Source: Omnitrophica WOR_2 bacterium GWF2_43_52 (GTDB lineage Bacteria; Omnitrophota; Gorgyraeia; Gygaellales; UBA12090). From it: a stretch of DNA of 64,000 bases. The notes beneath the pieces are model-generated. The model was not told the origin of the DNA, did not search any database, and saw nothing but the letters and a program-made list of their open reading frames with translations. Shown piece after piece: positions 40,936 to 49,389 of this stretch. The stretch covers positions 4,912 through 68,911 of the forward strand of contig MHGF01000038.1 in the NCBI GenBank assembly GCA_001805445.1. Reading direction: 5' to 3'. The translations under genes and the position numbers were made by a program. How positions within the stretch are numbered: the first letter of the stretch is position 1; every line of letters starts with the position of its first letter.

Positions 40936-41942
40936 TTTGCCACATCCTTCGCCCAATACGTAATAATAATGTCCGCACCAGCGCGCTTAATGGAAGTCAA
41001 AATCTCTAATGCCAAATCTCTTTCAATATCTTGTGACTTGTGACTTGTGACTTGTGACTGCGAATAGCTTTTCACCATCGCATACTCACCGCTGACATTA
41101 AACGCAGCTAATGGAACGGAAAACTTCTCTTTGGCCTTAGCGATTATATCCAGATAAGAAAGCGCCGGCTTGACCATCACTATATCCGCGCCTTCCTGAA
41201 TATCCGCTTCTATTTCCCTTAAGGCCTCGTCAGAATTTCGATAGTCCATTTGATAGGACTTCCTGTCCCCAAATTTCATCATACTTCCAGCGGCTTCCCT
41301 AAAAGGCCCGTAAAATCCCGAGGCGAATTTAGCGGAATACCCCATAATCGCTGTCTCCATAAAGCCCTTTTCATCCAGAGCTTTACGGATAGCTCCCACC
41401 TGCCCATCCATCATACTGCTGGGAGCCACAATATCCGCCCCCGCCCGGGCGTGGGAAAGCGCGATTTTGACTAAAACCTTTAGGGTCGCATCATTATCCG
41501 GTATTGCATTTAGCGATGGACGATGGACGATGGACGATGGACGACAATTTTTAAGAATTCCGCAATGCCCATGGCTGGTATATTCACACAAACATACATC
41601 AGTAATTACAACAAGCTCATCCCCGAAATTTTTCTTTAATAGCGCTACTGCCTTCTGAATGACACCATCTTCCTGATAGGCGCTTACCGCCTTTTCATCT
41701 TTATTTTTGGGAATACCAAAGAGGATAATTGAATTTATGCCTACTCGCTTTGCTTCCTCCACATCCTTAAGCAATCTATCGCCAGAAAACCTGAATATCC
41801 CCGGCATAGACTGAATTGGCTGCTTTAACTGCTTACCTTCGCGGACAAAATAAGGCATCACCAAATGTGATACCTTTAGGTTGGCTTGGGCAACCAAATC
41901 CCGTAAAGCAGCATTTTTTCTTAATCTTTTTAACCTACGCAT
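40920..41942 (-). CDS. hemB: Porphobilinogen synthase (delta-aminolevulinate dehydratase)
   Basis: CLCEYTSHGHCG, GADIVAPSSMMDGQVGAIR, GDRKSYQMD, VKPALSYLD, SGEYAMVK. It contains two in-frame heptanucleotide x4 repeat insertions. Confidence 0.9.
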   Translation of the reverse strand: MRRLKRLRKNAALRDLVAQANLKVSHLVMPYFVREGKQLKQPIQSMPGIFRFSGDRLLKDVEEAKRVGINSIILFGIPKNKDEKAVSAYQEDGVIQKAVALLKKNFGDELVVITDVCLCEYTSHGHCGILKNCRPSSIVHRPSLNAIPDNDATLKVLVKIALSHARAGADIVAPSSMMDGQVGAIRKALDEKGFMETAIMGYSAKFASGFYGPFREAAGSMMKFGDRKSYQMDYRNSDEALREIEADIQEGADIVMVKPALSYLDIIAKAKEKFSVPLAAFNVSGEYAMVKSYSQSQVTSHKSQDIERDLALEILTSIKRAGADIIITYWAKDVAKWLTS

Positions 41943-42354
41943 TTTCTATAACCAATTCCTCTTCAATAATCTTGCCTTCCACAATCTTAAACGAACGCAC
42001 CTGCGGCTGTCCGGGATCAGACAAAGATACAATTATATAAGAACTCTCCGGGTAAAACGCCAGTTCAATATCTCTTTGTGACGGATAGGCTTGGCTGTCA
42101 ACGTGAGAATGATATATGGCAACCATTTCTATCGCCTGCTTACGCAGTTCTTTAAACACCGCCAACTGTTCCTTAGGGTCAATATGATAACAGAGCTTGG
42201 GGCTGTCGGAAATATTAGTTAAAGGAAATATTTTTTCAATACGCGCGGCTTTACCGGCAAGGATCCCACAGGTTTCTTTCTGCGGCTCCTTAAGGCAATA
42301 AGCAAGAAGCTCGTTATACATAGCCTTTTTTATGAAAATCTTTGACTTGCGCAT
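41935..42354 (-). CDS. JAMM/MPN+ zinc metalloprotease (Mec+/CysLP/QbsD-like isopeptidase for ubiquitin-like sulfur carriers)
   Basis: ETCGIL...YHSHVDSQAYPSQRD gives the E...HxH-x7-S-x2-D JAMM motif. Confidence 0.75.
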   Translation of the reverse strand: MRKSKIFIKKAMYNELLAYCLKEPQKETCGILAGKAARIEKIFPLTNISDSPKLCYHIDPKEQLAVFKELRKQAIEMVAIYHSHVDSQAYPSQRDIELAFYPESSYIIVSLSDPGQPQVRSFKIVEGKIIEEELVIENA

Positions 42355-42368
42355 TTTTGATTTTGAGC

Positions 42369-43124
42369 TTATTTAGTTATTCCCCATCGTTTGCGCACTG
42401 AATTTTCTATTTTTTTAAAAATAATATTATCCACAACAATAGAAATTGAGGCAATTAAAAGCATGGTTGCCAGAACATAACTCATATCCTTCTGGCCTTT
42501 TGCCCGCATAAGAATATGCCCGACACCCAAACCTGAAACTAGAATTTCAGCAGTCACCAGCCCCCGCCAAGAAAATGCCCAGGCTAAGCGTATGCCCGTA
42601 ATAATCGAAGGCACTGCCGCCGGCAATACTACCTCCCTAAATAAGGTAAGCCCTTTTATCCCGCTTATTCGCGCCTGGTTAATCAACTGCGGCGATACAA
42701 ATTTTATCCCGCTTTCGGTATTTAAGGTAATCACGATCATCGCGCTTATCTGGACGATAAAAATAACCGCCCATTCGTTCTCGCCGAAAAATAATACCGC
42801 AAACGGCGTCCATGCCGCGTGGCCCATTGACTGCAGTCCTAACAGTATACCGCTTACTCCTTCATCAAGCCACTTCAAAAGCCCCATGGCTATTCCCAAT
42901 AAAATCCCTAACGCGACAGCAAGGCTGTAGCCGACGCTGATCCTCAAAAGGCTGGTCTTTAAAGAAACGGCATATTCTCCGGACACACATCCGTGCCAGA
43001 AACTCTCGGCAATCATAAGCAAGGAGGGAAAATTCTTTTCCGAAAAAAATCCCAGCCTAAATGTTGCTTCCCAGATTGCGATCAAAAGGAACCAAAACCC
43101 CGCTCTTCGTAAGAACGTATTCAA
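42369..43124 (-). CDS. ABC transporter permease (nitrate/sulfonate/taurine NitT/TauT family)
   Basis: 251 aa, six TM helices, EAA-like loop. It overlaps the end of the upstream ATPase gene by about 68 nt. Confidence 0.7.
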   Translation of the reverse strand: MNTFLRRAGFWFLLIAIWEATFRLGFFSEKNFPSLLMIAESFWHGCVSGEYAVSLKTSLLRISVGYSLAVALGILLGIAMGLLKWLDEGVSGILLGLQSMGHAAWTPFAVLFFGENEWAVIFIVQISAMIVITLNTESGIKFVSPQLINQARISGIKGLTLFREVVLPAAVPSIITGIRLAWAFSWRGLVTAEILVSGLGVGHILMRAKGQKDMSYVLATMLLIASISIVVDNIIFKKIENSVRKRWGITK

Positions 43125-43899
43125 TATCCATCTCCTCTTTGGCTACCTTCTCAAATTCTTTCTCCAATACTATACTGATATTATCCTGCAGGAATCCAAG
43201 CTGCGGATCGGTCTCCCGCCGAGGATGAGGAAAATTTGCTCTATACTCGGCTAATACTCTCCCCGGGCGCGCTGAAAACACAAAAAGTTTATCCGCGAGG
43301 CACACTGCTTCTTCTATAGAACTGGTAACAAACAATACGGTCTTGCGCGTTTCTTTAAGTATCTGCTGTATTTCATAATGCAGCATAAAGCGGGTTTGGT
43401 CATCAACGCGGCTAAACGGCTCATCCATCAAAAGTATTTTAGGGTCCATTGCCAATGCCCGGGCAATGGCCACCCGCTGCTTCATTCCTGCCGATAACTC
43501 ATGAGGAAAGGCATTGATGAATTTTCCCAAGTGCACTTTTTTTAAGAAACTTATAGCAATGTCTTGCTTTTCCTTTTTTTTTATGGATTTAGCTTTAAGC
43601 GAAAAAATGGCATTTTCTAATACCGTCATCCATGGGAAAAGCGTCGGTTCCTGAAAAATAATCACCCTGTCCGATGAAGGCTCATACACGCATGAATCGT
43701 TGACGCACACAGTCCCCTTGTCAGGCTTGATCAGGCCCGCGATGATATTGAGGATTGTGGATTTCCCGCAGCCGGACGGCCCCACCACGCAGGCAAATTC
43801 CCCTTCTTTAACCTCAAAACTGACATCCTCTATGACGGGGATTTTACCGACGTCTTTTCGCCAGAATGAAATGCTTAAGTTTTCTACTTTTAGGCCCAT
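43057..43899 (-). CDS. ABC transporter ATP-binding protein (SsuB/TauB/CysA-like)
   Basis: GPSGCGKST Walker A, LSAGMKQRVAIARAL signature, LLMDEPFS Walker B. Confidence 0.85.
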   Translation of the reverse strand: MGLKVENLSISFWRKDVGKIPVIEDVSFEVKEGEFACVVGPSGCGKSTILNIIAGLIKPDKGTVCVNDSCVYEPSSDRVIIFQEPTLFPWMTVLENAIFSLKAKSIKKKEKQDIAISFLKKVHLGKFINAFPHELSAGMKQRVAIARALAMDPKILLMDEPFSRVDDQTRFMLHYEIQQILKETRKTVLFVTSSIEEAVCLADKLFVFSARPGRVLAEYRANFPHPRRETDPQLGFLQDNISIVLEKEFEKVAKEEMDIEYVLTKSGVLVPFDRNLGSNI

Positions 43900-43920
43900 T
43901 GTAAAAGAACACAAATTTAC

Positions 43921-43996
43921 ACGAATGACACACGAATCATCACGAATAATTTTATTGTTTTATTCGTGATGATTCGTGTGTCATTCGTGTCCATTC
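43921..43996. promoter_or_regulatory. Perfect 29-bp inverted repeat built from three direct plus four inverted CACGAAT heptamers at about 10-11-bp phasing, in the promoter region of the ABC transporter operon
   Basis: The sequence is acgaatgacacacgaatcatcacgaataa-ttttattgtt-ttattcgtgatgattcgtgtgtcattcgt gtccattcgtgtgt. Confidence 0.5.
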
Positions 43997-44025
43997 GTGT
44001 GTAAAATTGGCATCTTCCAAGTTAC

Positions 44026-44760
44026 CTACGTAAGCTGAAGCGCGTCATCCGAACGCACTTTCTTAAGCGGCCGGGTATGAATACCGCACTCACCGCCGCA
44101 CTTGCTGGTGCCAATCCAGCGGCCAGCGCGCTCGTTATCTTCGCTGGTAATCTTGGTGCAGGGCGCGCAGCCTAAAGAACGGTACCCTTCGGCATATAAA
44201 GAATTAACCTTAACTTGATATATCGCTAAATACTGCCAGACCTCTCTTTCTTTCCAGATAAGGATAGGATTAAGTTTCACCAATCCCTTGTCCCGCTCCT
44301 CAACCTCTTTATAATCAGTGCGAGTCCTGCCTTCGGTGCAGCGCAGCCCGGTAACCCAGCATTTGACTTTCATCTCTTCAATTGCCCGGCTGACCGGCTC
44401 AACTTTTAAAAGGTCGCAGCATTTATCAGGGTCAGTTTCATAAAGCTTATCCGCTATCTTCACATCGTTTTTAAAGATTTTAAGCTCAGGATATTTTGCT
44501 ACTTCCTCATTCATAAACTGAATAGTCTCTGCCGGTTTAAAGCGGGTAGTAACAATAAACCCGCGGATTTTCGGGCTTACCTTTTTTGCCAAATCCCAGA
44601 CCACGACTGAATCTTTACCCAAACTGTTTGCCACCACCAACCCGTCGCCGTATTTCTGATACGCCTCTTTTATCAGCTGAAGCGACCTGTCCACCTTTTC
44701 CTTAAAATTCAGCTTTTCCACCAATTCTTTCAAATCGTCTTTATTGTTCAACAGAGTCAT
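44026..44760 (-). CDS. cysH: Phosphoadenylyl-sulfate / adenylyl-sulfate reductase (CysH family, Fe-S type)
   Basis: PAPS-reductase fold with a C-terminal GGECGIHT (ECGLH-type) motif. The cysteine pairs CCDLL and GCAPC are typical of APS reductases. Confidence 0.8.
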   Translation of the reverse strand: MTLLNNKDDLKELVEKLNFKEKVDRSLQLIKEAYQKYGDGLVVANSLGKDSVVVWDLAKKVSPKIRGFIVTTRFKPAETIQFMNEEVAKYPELKIFKNDVKIADKLYETDPDKCCDLLKVEPVSRAIEEMKVKCWVTGLRCTEGRTRTDYKEVEERDKGLVKLNPILIWKEREVWQYLAIYQVKVNSLYAEGYRSLGCAPCTKITSEDNERAGRWIGTSKCGGECGIHTRPLKKVRSDDALQLT

Positions 44761-44908
44761 TTCTCCTTCTCCTTAAAGAGCACGTAACTTATGGAACGAA
44801 GTGAACATAAGTTACTGTGCGAATTAATCCCGCCGAGTGGAGCAAAATTATCAAAGAGAATTCTGCTCCATCCTACCTGCCTACCAGCAAGCAGGCGAGA
44901 CGTGAAGC

Positions 44909-45349
44909 TCAAATAGAATATACTGCTTCCTTTTTCCCCGCCTTAGCCTGAACGGCTAAGTCCTCAAATGTCACCTTATCCACTATATTGGAAGTGGCCA
45001 TAGCCACCTCTTTACAGACATTCCTTAAAACGCAAAGCCCCATGCTTTTACAGCCGGAATACCTCTCCTCAACACAGGCAATCGGCTCAATCGGCCCGTC
45101 AATGAACCTGACGACCTCTCCCATCTTTATATTTTTAGGATGCCGGGATAAAAGATACCCACCGTTTATACCACGCTTACTCTCAACAAACCTTCCTTTC
45201 TTCAAATCCAGAAGCACCTGCTCTAAAAACTTCACCGGCGCATCCGCCCTTTCGGCAAGCTCGTGAATAGTCACCACTCCCTGGTTATAATGTAAGGCTA
45301 GGTCCAAGACCGCCCTTAAAGCGTAATCCCCTCTATAAGTTATTCTCAT
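44909..45349 (-). CDS. Rrf2-family transcriptional regulator (IscR/CymR-like, three conserved Cys)
   Basis: MRITYRGDYALRAVLDLA...HELAERADAPVKFLEQVLLDLKKGRFVESKRGINGGYLL, then C-x6-C-x5-C. Confidence 0.8.
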   Translation of the reverse strand: MRITYRGDYALRAVLDLALHYNQGVVTIHELAERADAPVKFLEQVLLDLKKGRFVESKRGINGGYLLSRHPKNIKMGEVVRFIDGPIEPIACVEERYSGCKSMGLCVLRNVCKEVAMATSNIVDKVTFEDLAVQAKAGKKEAVYSI

Positions 45350-45454
45350 ATACTATAATCCCCATTGATATAGTAGAGTATACGAAAAATTCTTATTTTG
45401 TCAATATGTTTTTTAATACTAAATCATAACTGATTTATTATTAGTATGTTACGA

Positions 45455-47095
45455 TTAATTTCTTTTTCTGTTTTTCTCCGAAACCCAGAATACCATATAT
45501 TTTCCTAACATAAGGCGTGTTTGGGCATCTAAGGCAGGAATAGCGCTTAAGAAAACGCTGATTAAAGGAATGAGTACCCATTCCGCGGCGAGTTTGAGTT
45601 TTTTTAGTGAAAAAAAACGCATCTTTTGTTTAGGCAGCAGCAAGACACTCAAAAATACACAATTCAACAGCACAATAGAAGCTAGACTGAAAATAGTGCC
45701 CCTGATACGCGCGGTACTAAAATAAACAATGGAGTTGACAAACTCCCGCTCCGCAAACAGCGCGGGCATCCACCCAATAATGCTAAGGATAAACGGCCAG
45801 GTTGCCCATGAGATATGGCCTTCTAACAACTTAAACGCGTGCTTTAGCCTCTTATATAAAGAAATATTTTCCGCCTTCAGAAACGCCCGCATGACAATAG
45901 GAAAATTTTCTACCCCCCATGCCCAGCGCCGCTTCTGCTTGTACACATTCCGGAATGTTTCCCATCGCGTCCTTCCCACCGTGATATCCATAGAGACGGT
46001 TGTATAAATGGGGACAACACGGTAGTCTCCGTCAAAATGGATAAGCGCTTTCCAGAAAACAGCCGAATCATCAGAGATAATATCCACAGGCCAATACCCT
46101 ATGTCGACTAAAGCCTTAAAACTCATACTATGGCTTGAAAAGGTAACTAATTTCTCAGGATTAGTTGCCTCGATTAACTGAAAAAAAGACGAGCCTATAT
46201 CAAGCATTCTCGCGAAACTCGGGGCTTCCCAGATATTATTATGATATACCGGTATAGGCTGAAAGCTTGCCCGTGTCCTCTGCGGCGTAACCAGATAGTA
46301 ATACGTCAGGCAGTTAAAATACTCCGTATTAACCACAGTATCAGCGTCGAAACAGGAAACAATTACATTTTCATAAGGAATATGTTTGTCGTTAAGGTAT
46401 TCGGCTGCCTTTTGAGCCGCGTAGGTTACGTTAGCGCCTTTTACCCGCGCCTCAGCCGGTAAATCCGCAGGGTGTGCCACAACTAATAAGTCATAAAAAT
46501 CGCTTTTGTATTTTTTATGCATATCCCGGATATCCGCCTTAATATGTTCCTGCGCCCTTTCTTCTAACGCGAAAACCACCAGTATACGCTTACTGGGAAA
46601 ACTTCCTGATATGAGGCTTCTAAGGCCTGGCTCTACAACCTCCCTGCTTTCTTTTATAACAGGAATAATCACTAAATGGTATATATTCTCCCACGGAGGA
46701 ACCGCGTTATCATTTTTTAGGGCAGCAACTTCTTTTTGATGGATAAAAAGGGAAATTCTTTCCTGCAGGCTTAATGCCGCATCGTTCCCCCTATATCTTC
46801 CTTTGTAATCTTTACTATTACCCAGGGCCTCAATACGCTCTATCCAATGTGTCTTTTCTTCGATTGCAAGCCTCATATACGAAAGAATGAGGAAAATATT
46901 CAAATAGAAAAGGCGTAAGATCCAATATAAGTCGAAAGCGATAATCACGATAGCGGTAATAAGGGGCTTAAAAAATGAAAGCATACACAAAGCAAGCAAA
47001 ATTACCCAGCTTAACGCCCCCGGGATAATTTCAAATAAACGCTGTAAAAGCTTTTCTTTTCCTTTTAGGCCTCGACTCGTGTATTGGAATTTCAT
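45455..47095 (-). CDS. Processive family-2 glycosyltransferase (cellulose/hyaluronan/PNAG-synthase-like) with flanking TM segments
   Basis: DAD and QKRRWAWG (Q-x2-RW) motifs, with N- and C-terminal TM clusters. Confidence 0.75.
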   Translation of the reverse strand: MKFQYTSRGLKGKEKLLQRLFEIIPGALSWVILLALCMLSFFKPLITAIVIIAFDLYWILRLFYLNIFLILSYMRLAIEEKTHWIERIEALGNSKDYKGRYRGNDAALSLQERISLFIHQKEVAALKNDNAVPPWENIYHLVIIPVIKESREVVEPGLRSLISGSFPSKRILVVFALEERAQEHIKADIRDMHKKYKSDFYDLLVVAHPADLPAEARVKGANVTYAAQKAAEYLNDKHIPYENVIVSCFDADTVVNTEYFNCLTYYYLVTPQRTRASFQPIPVYHNNIWEAPSFARMLDIGSSFFQLIEATNPEKLVTFSSHSMSFKALVDIGYWPVDIISDDSAVFWKALIHFDGDYRVVPIYTTVSMDITVGRTRWETFRNVYKQKRRWAWGVENFPIVMRAFLKAENISLYKRLKHAFKLLEGHISWATWPFILSIIGWMPALFAEREFVNSIVYFSTARIRGTIFSLASIVLLNCVFLSVLLLPKQKMRFFSLKKLKLAAEWVLIPLISVFLSAIPALDAQTRLMLGKYMVFWVSEKNRKRN

Positions 47096-47097
47096 AG

Positions 47098-48555
47098 TTA
47101 TTCTTTTGATTCGGTATCTTGCGTTACTCTTTGGGGCAAAAGCAGAAGGCTGAGATGGCTTTTGGGAATAATTTCAAGGCTCATAAGCCTTCCCGCGCGA
47201 GGTTCCAAATAATAAAGCATTCCCGCGTCTTCCGCGTACCAAATTGAAGCGTCCTTCTTTGCTTGAGTAATAAGGGTGCATAAGACTTCTCCATCCCCTT
47301 GTGCTTCAAGTAAATAGACGCCTGCCTTATCCTGGAATATAAGGTAGGAACCTCTGAGGGCCCAAAAGCAGGCAGAAATATCTTCTGCGTTTGCATATAT
47401 CCAGCGCATCTGAGGTTTTTTTTCTAAGAGGCCGCTTTCTTGCCCCACGCCTGAAAAATCCAAAACCCCAATCTTATCTTTTTTCCAAAACAACAGTTTC
47501 TTAGACCCCTTATCAAACTCAACGCCTAAAATCCCTTTATCAGCAAAAACATACGAAAGATAGCTGATAAAAAACTCGCCCCTCTGAGAACGAAACACAA
47601 AAATATTCTTTTCAAAGGCTTTGATCTTAAGAAAATTCCGTGTGGCAAAAAGAGGGTTTTTGGATAACGCCTCATCTATCGCTATTTCTTCGCCATTGGT
47701 TTTATCATAGTTTAATCTTTGCAAGGTATTATCATTGGTGAGAATATACAAATGCTTACTGCTTATACCAAATCCGCGCAGGCCTTCAAGGTACTTAGGA
47801 AACACTGCCTCGGCTATAGCATCCATACGGGTAAGATAACCTTTTTCGAAGGAAAAGAGAAAACGCATGTCATTTGGGGGCGCGTCTACATACAGCGGCT
47901 CTTCAAGAAAAAGAGAGCTCATATCTTTTAGTTTTGGCATTCTTTCTTTAAGTTCAATCCAGGCATATCTTTTCTTACCTTCTCCTTCAAGGCAGAAAAG
48001 AAGGCCGGGGGCGCCTCGTATGGTAAAACGCTCTAACACCTTCGCGTTACCCCAAGAACCATCCTCAGCCATAAGCGGCCATAATCTTTCTTCTTTACGG
48101 TCATACACATAATAATCTTTCAACTTATGGCTCATTGCTAAAAGCACATACGATGTCTCTGGCAGGGGAATCATTTCTTTAAAGCTCCGCGCGGAAATTT
48201 CCCTTGTTTTCCAATGCCAAGGGATAAGTATACTATTTTCAAAGAGCAGGGTTTTTCCTGCTGCGATAGATACCTCTTTACTCCAAGGCTGGTACTCTTT
48301 ATGCAGCAGTTTGATAGAATACTTTCCCGGGATAAGCCCGCTAATAACGGCAGGAGTTTTATCCTTATAGCGGCTCTTTCCTATATATATTGTCGCGTGC
48401 GGGGGTATCGTCGCGAGAGAAAGAAGCCCCGTTTGAATAATTTTCAGGTTTTTGGGATTAAAGATATAGCCAAAGGCATATAACACAAGGAATGGGCATA
48501 CGGTAAGGTAAATAATGAGGAAACAATAAAAAAAAACTTTGCGTAGTATTTGCAT
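47098..48555 (-). CDS. Membrane-anchored hypothetical protein co-transcribed with the GT2 synthase (possible PEGA-like domain)
   Basis: N-terminal TM. Gene arrangement with a 3-nt intergenic gap to the GT2 gene. No firm motif. Confidence 0.4.
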   Translation of the reverse strand: MQILRKVFFYCFLIIYLTVCPFLVLYAFGYIFNPKNLKIIQTGLLSLATIPPHATIYIGKSRYKDKTPAVISGLIPGKYSIKLLHKEYQPWSKEVSIAAGKTLLFENSILIPWHWKTREISARSFKEMIPLPETSYVLLAMSHKLKDYYVYDRKEERLWPLMAEDGSWGNAKVLERFTIRGAPGLLFCLEGEGKKRYAWIELKERMPKLKDMSSLFLEEPLYVDAPPNDMRFLFSFEKGYLTRMDAIAEAVFPKYLEGLRGFGISSKHLYILTNDNTLQRLNYDKTNGEEIAIDEALSKNPLFATRNFLKIKAFEKNIFVFRSQRGEFFISYLSYVFADKGILGVEFDKGSKKLLFWKKDKIGVLDFSGVGQESGLLEKKPQMRWIYANAEDISACFWALRGSYLIFQDKAGVYLLEAQGDGEVLCTLITQAKKDASIWYAEDAGMLYYLEPRAGRLMSLEIIPKSHLSLLLLPQRVTQDTESKE

Positions 48556-48685
48556 ACATTGATGGCTAACTTAAAGAAAATGGTTCCTTTAACAAAAGGC
48601 TATTTTTGTTCTTTATTATAATACATTGTTCATACTTCTTCAAGAGAAGAGAAGCGAACTATTTTCCATGCTGTCAAAGCGTAAA

Positions 48686-48731
48686 GGAAAAAGGCATTCT
48701 TCATTTGAAAAAGAATGCCTTTTTCTTTCTT
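48686..48731 (-). terminator. Bidirectional intrinsic terminator downstream of the superoxide reductase gene
   Basis: aaaaAGGCATTCTTcatttgaaaAAGAATGCCTttttctttc, a 10-bp stem with U-runs on both strands. Confidence 0.65.
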
Positions 48732-48748
48732 GAGCCAATGCGGATAAC

Positions 48749-49144
48749 CTACGCTATTTCAATATCCTTAGAGCTCTGCCACAACCCGTGGATGTTACAA
48801 TAGGAAGACGCAAAAAGGGTGCCTGCTTTATCAGACTTAAACTTCAGCACAACCTCAGGATGGGTAAAAATGGTGCTGGAATCTGCCCCTTGCGCTGATT
48901 CGCCATGAGCAACGAACTCTGAGCGCCCTAATTGATACGGGAATTTCTCGCCTTTGCCAAGAAAATATACCTCTATCCAGCGGATGTGGTGGGCAGTGGT
49001 ATTAGGATGCGCTATTTCTTTACCCACGCTTATCGTAACCGAAACCCACTCGCCTTTCGTTGCCTTGGCCGCCGCGTCAATAACTGGAACGTGCTTTTCC
49101 TTCTTCCAATCCGCGCTCTGGTATAACTCTTTTAATTCTGCCAT
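48749..49144 (-). CDS. sor: Superoxide reductase (neelaredoxin/desulfoferrodoxin centre-II type)
   Basis: EKHVPVI motif. HP..TTAHHIRWIE and C-x2-H ligands. Confidence 0.75.
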   Translation of the reverse strand: MAELKELYQSADWKKEKHVPVIDAAAKATKGEWVSVTISVGKEIAHPNTTAHHIRWIEVYFLGKGEKFPYQLGRSEFVAHGESAQGADSSTIFTHPEVVLKFKSDKAGTLFASSYCNIHGLWQSSKDIEIA

Positions 49145-49189
49145 ATAATCCTCCCCTTGTATAATAGGCATGAGTAGCTACGTTAAATA

Positions 49190-49370
49190 CGGGAATCAGG
49201 TGATCAGGAGATCAAGATTTGGGAATCAGGATATCGGAATATCAGAAACAAAAAATCGGTTTTTCCTTGATCTCCTGATTTCTTGATATCCTCCCGCCCA
49301 AGGCGGGATCCCGCCTCATCAAAGACTATAGCGGGAAAATCCCAATCCCCTAATATCCTGATATCCGTTT
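49190..49370. repeat. Inverted-repeat-rich intergenic element in the sor promoter region
   Basis: gatcaggagatcaag / cttgatctcctgat and caggatatcggaatatcag / ctgatatcc inverted pairs. gggaatcagg occurs twice. Terminal hairpin cccgcc-caag-gcggg. Confidence 0.45.
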
Positions 49371-49389
49371 TTAACACGTCACTATCTTC

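Noticed and set aside
42369-43124. Possible frameshift because the permease ORF overlaps the upstream ATPase gene by about 68 nt
   Set aside because: Both translations are full-length and motif-complete through the overlap, so it more likely reflects the given start-codon choice than a pseudogene. It is flagged only as start uncertainty.
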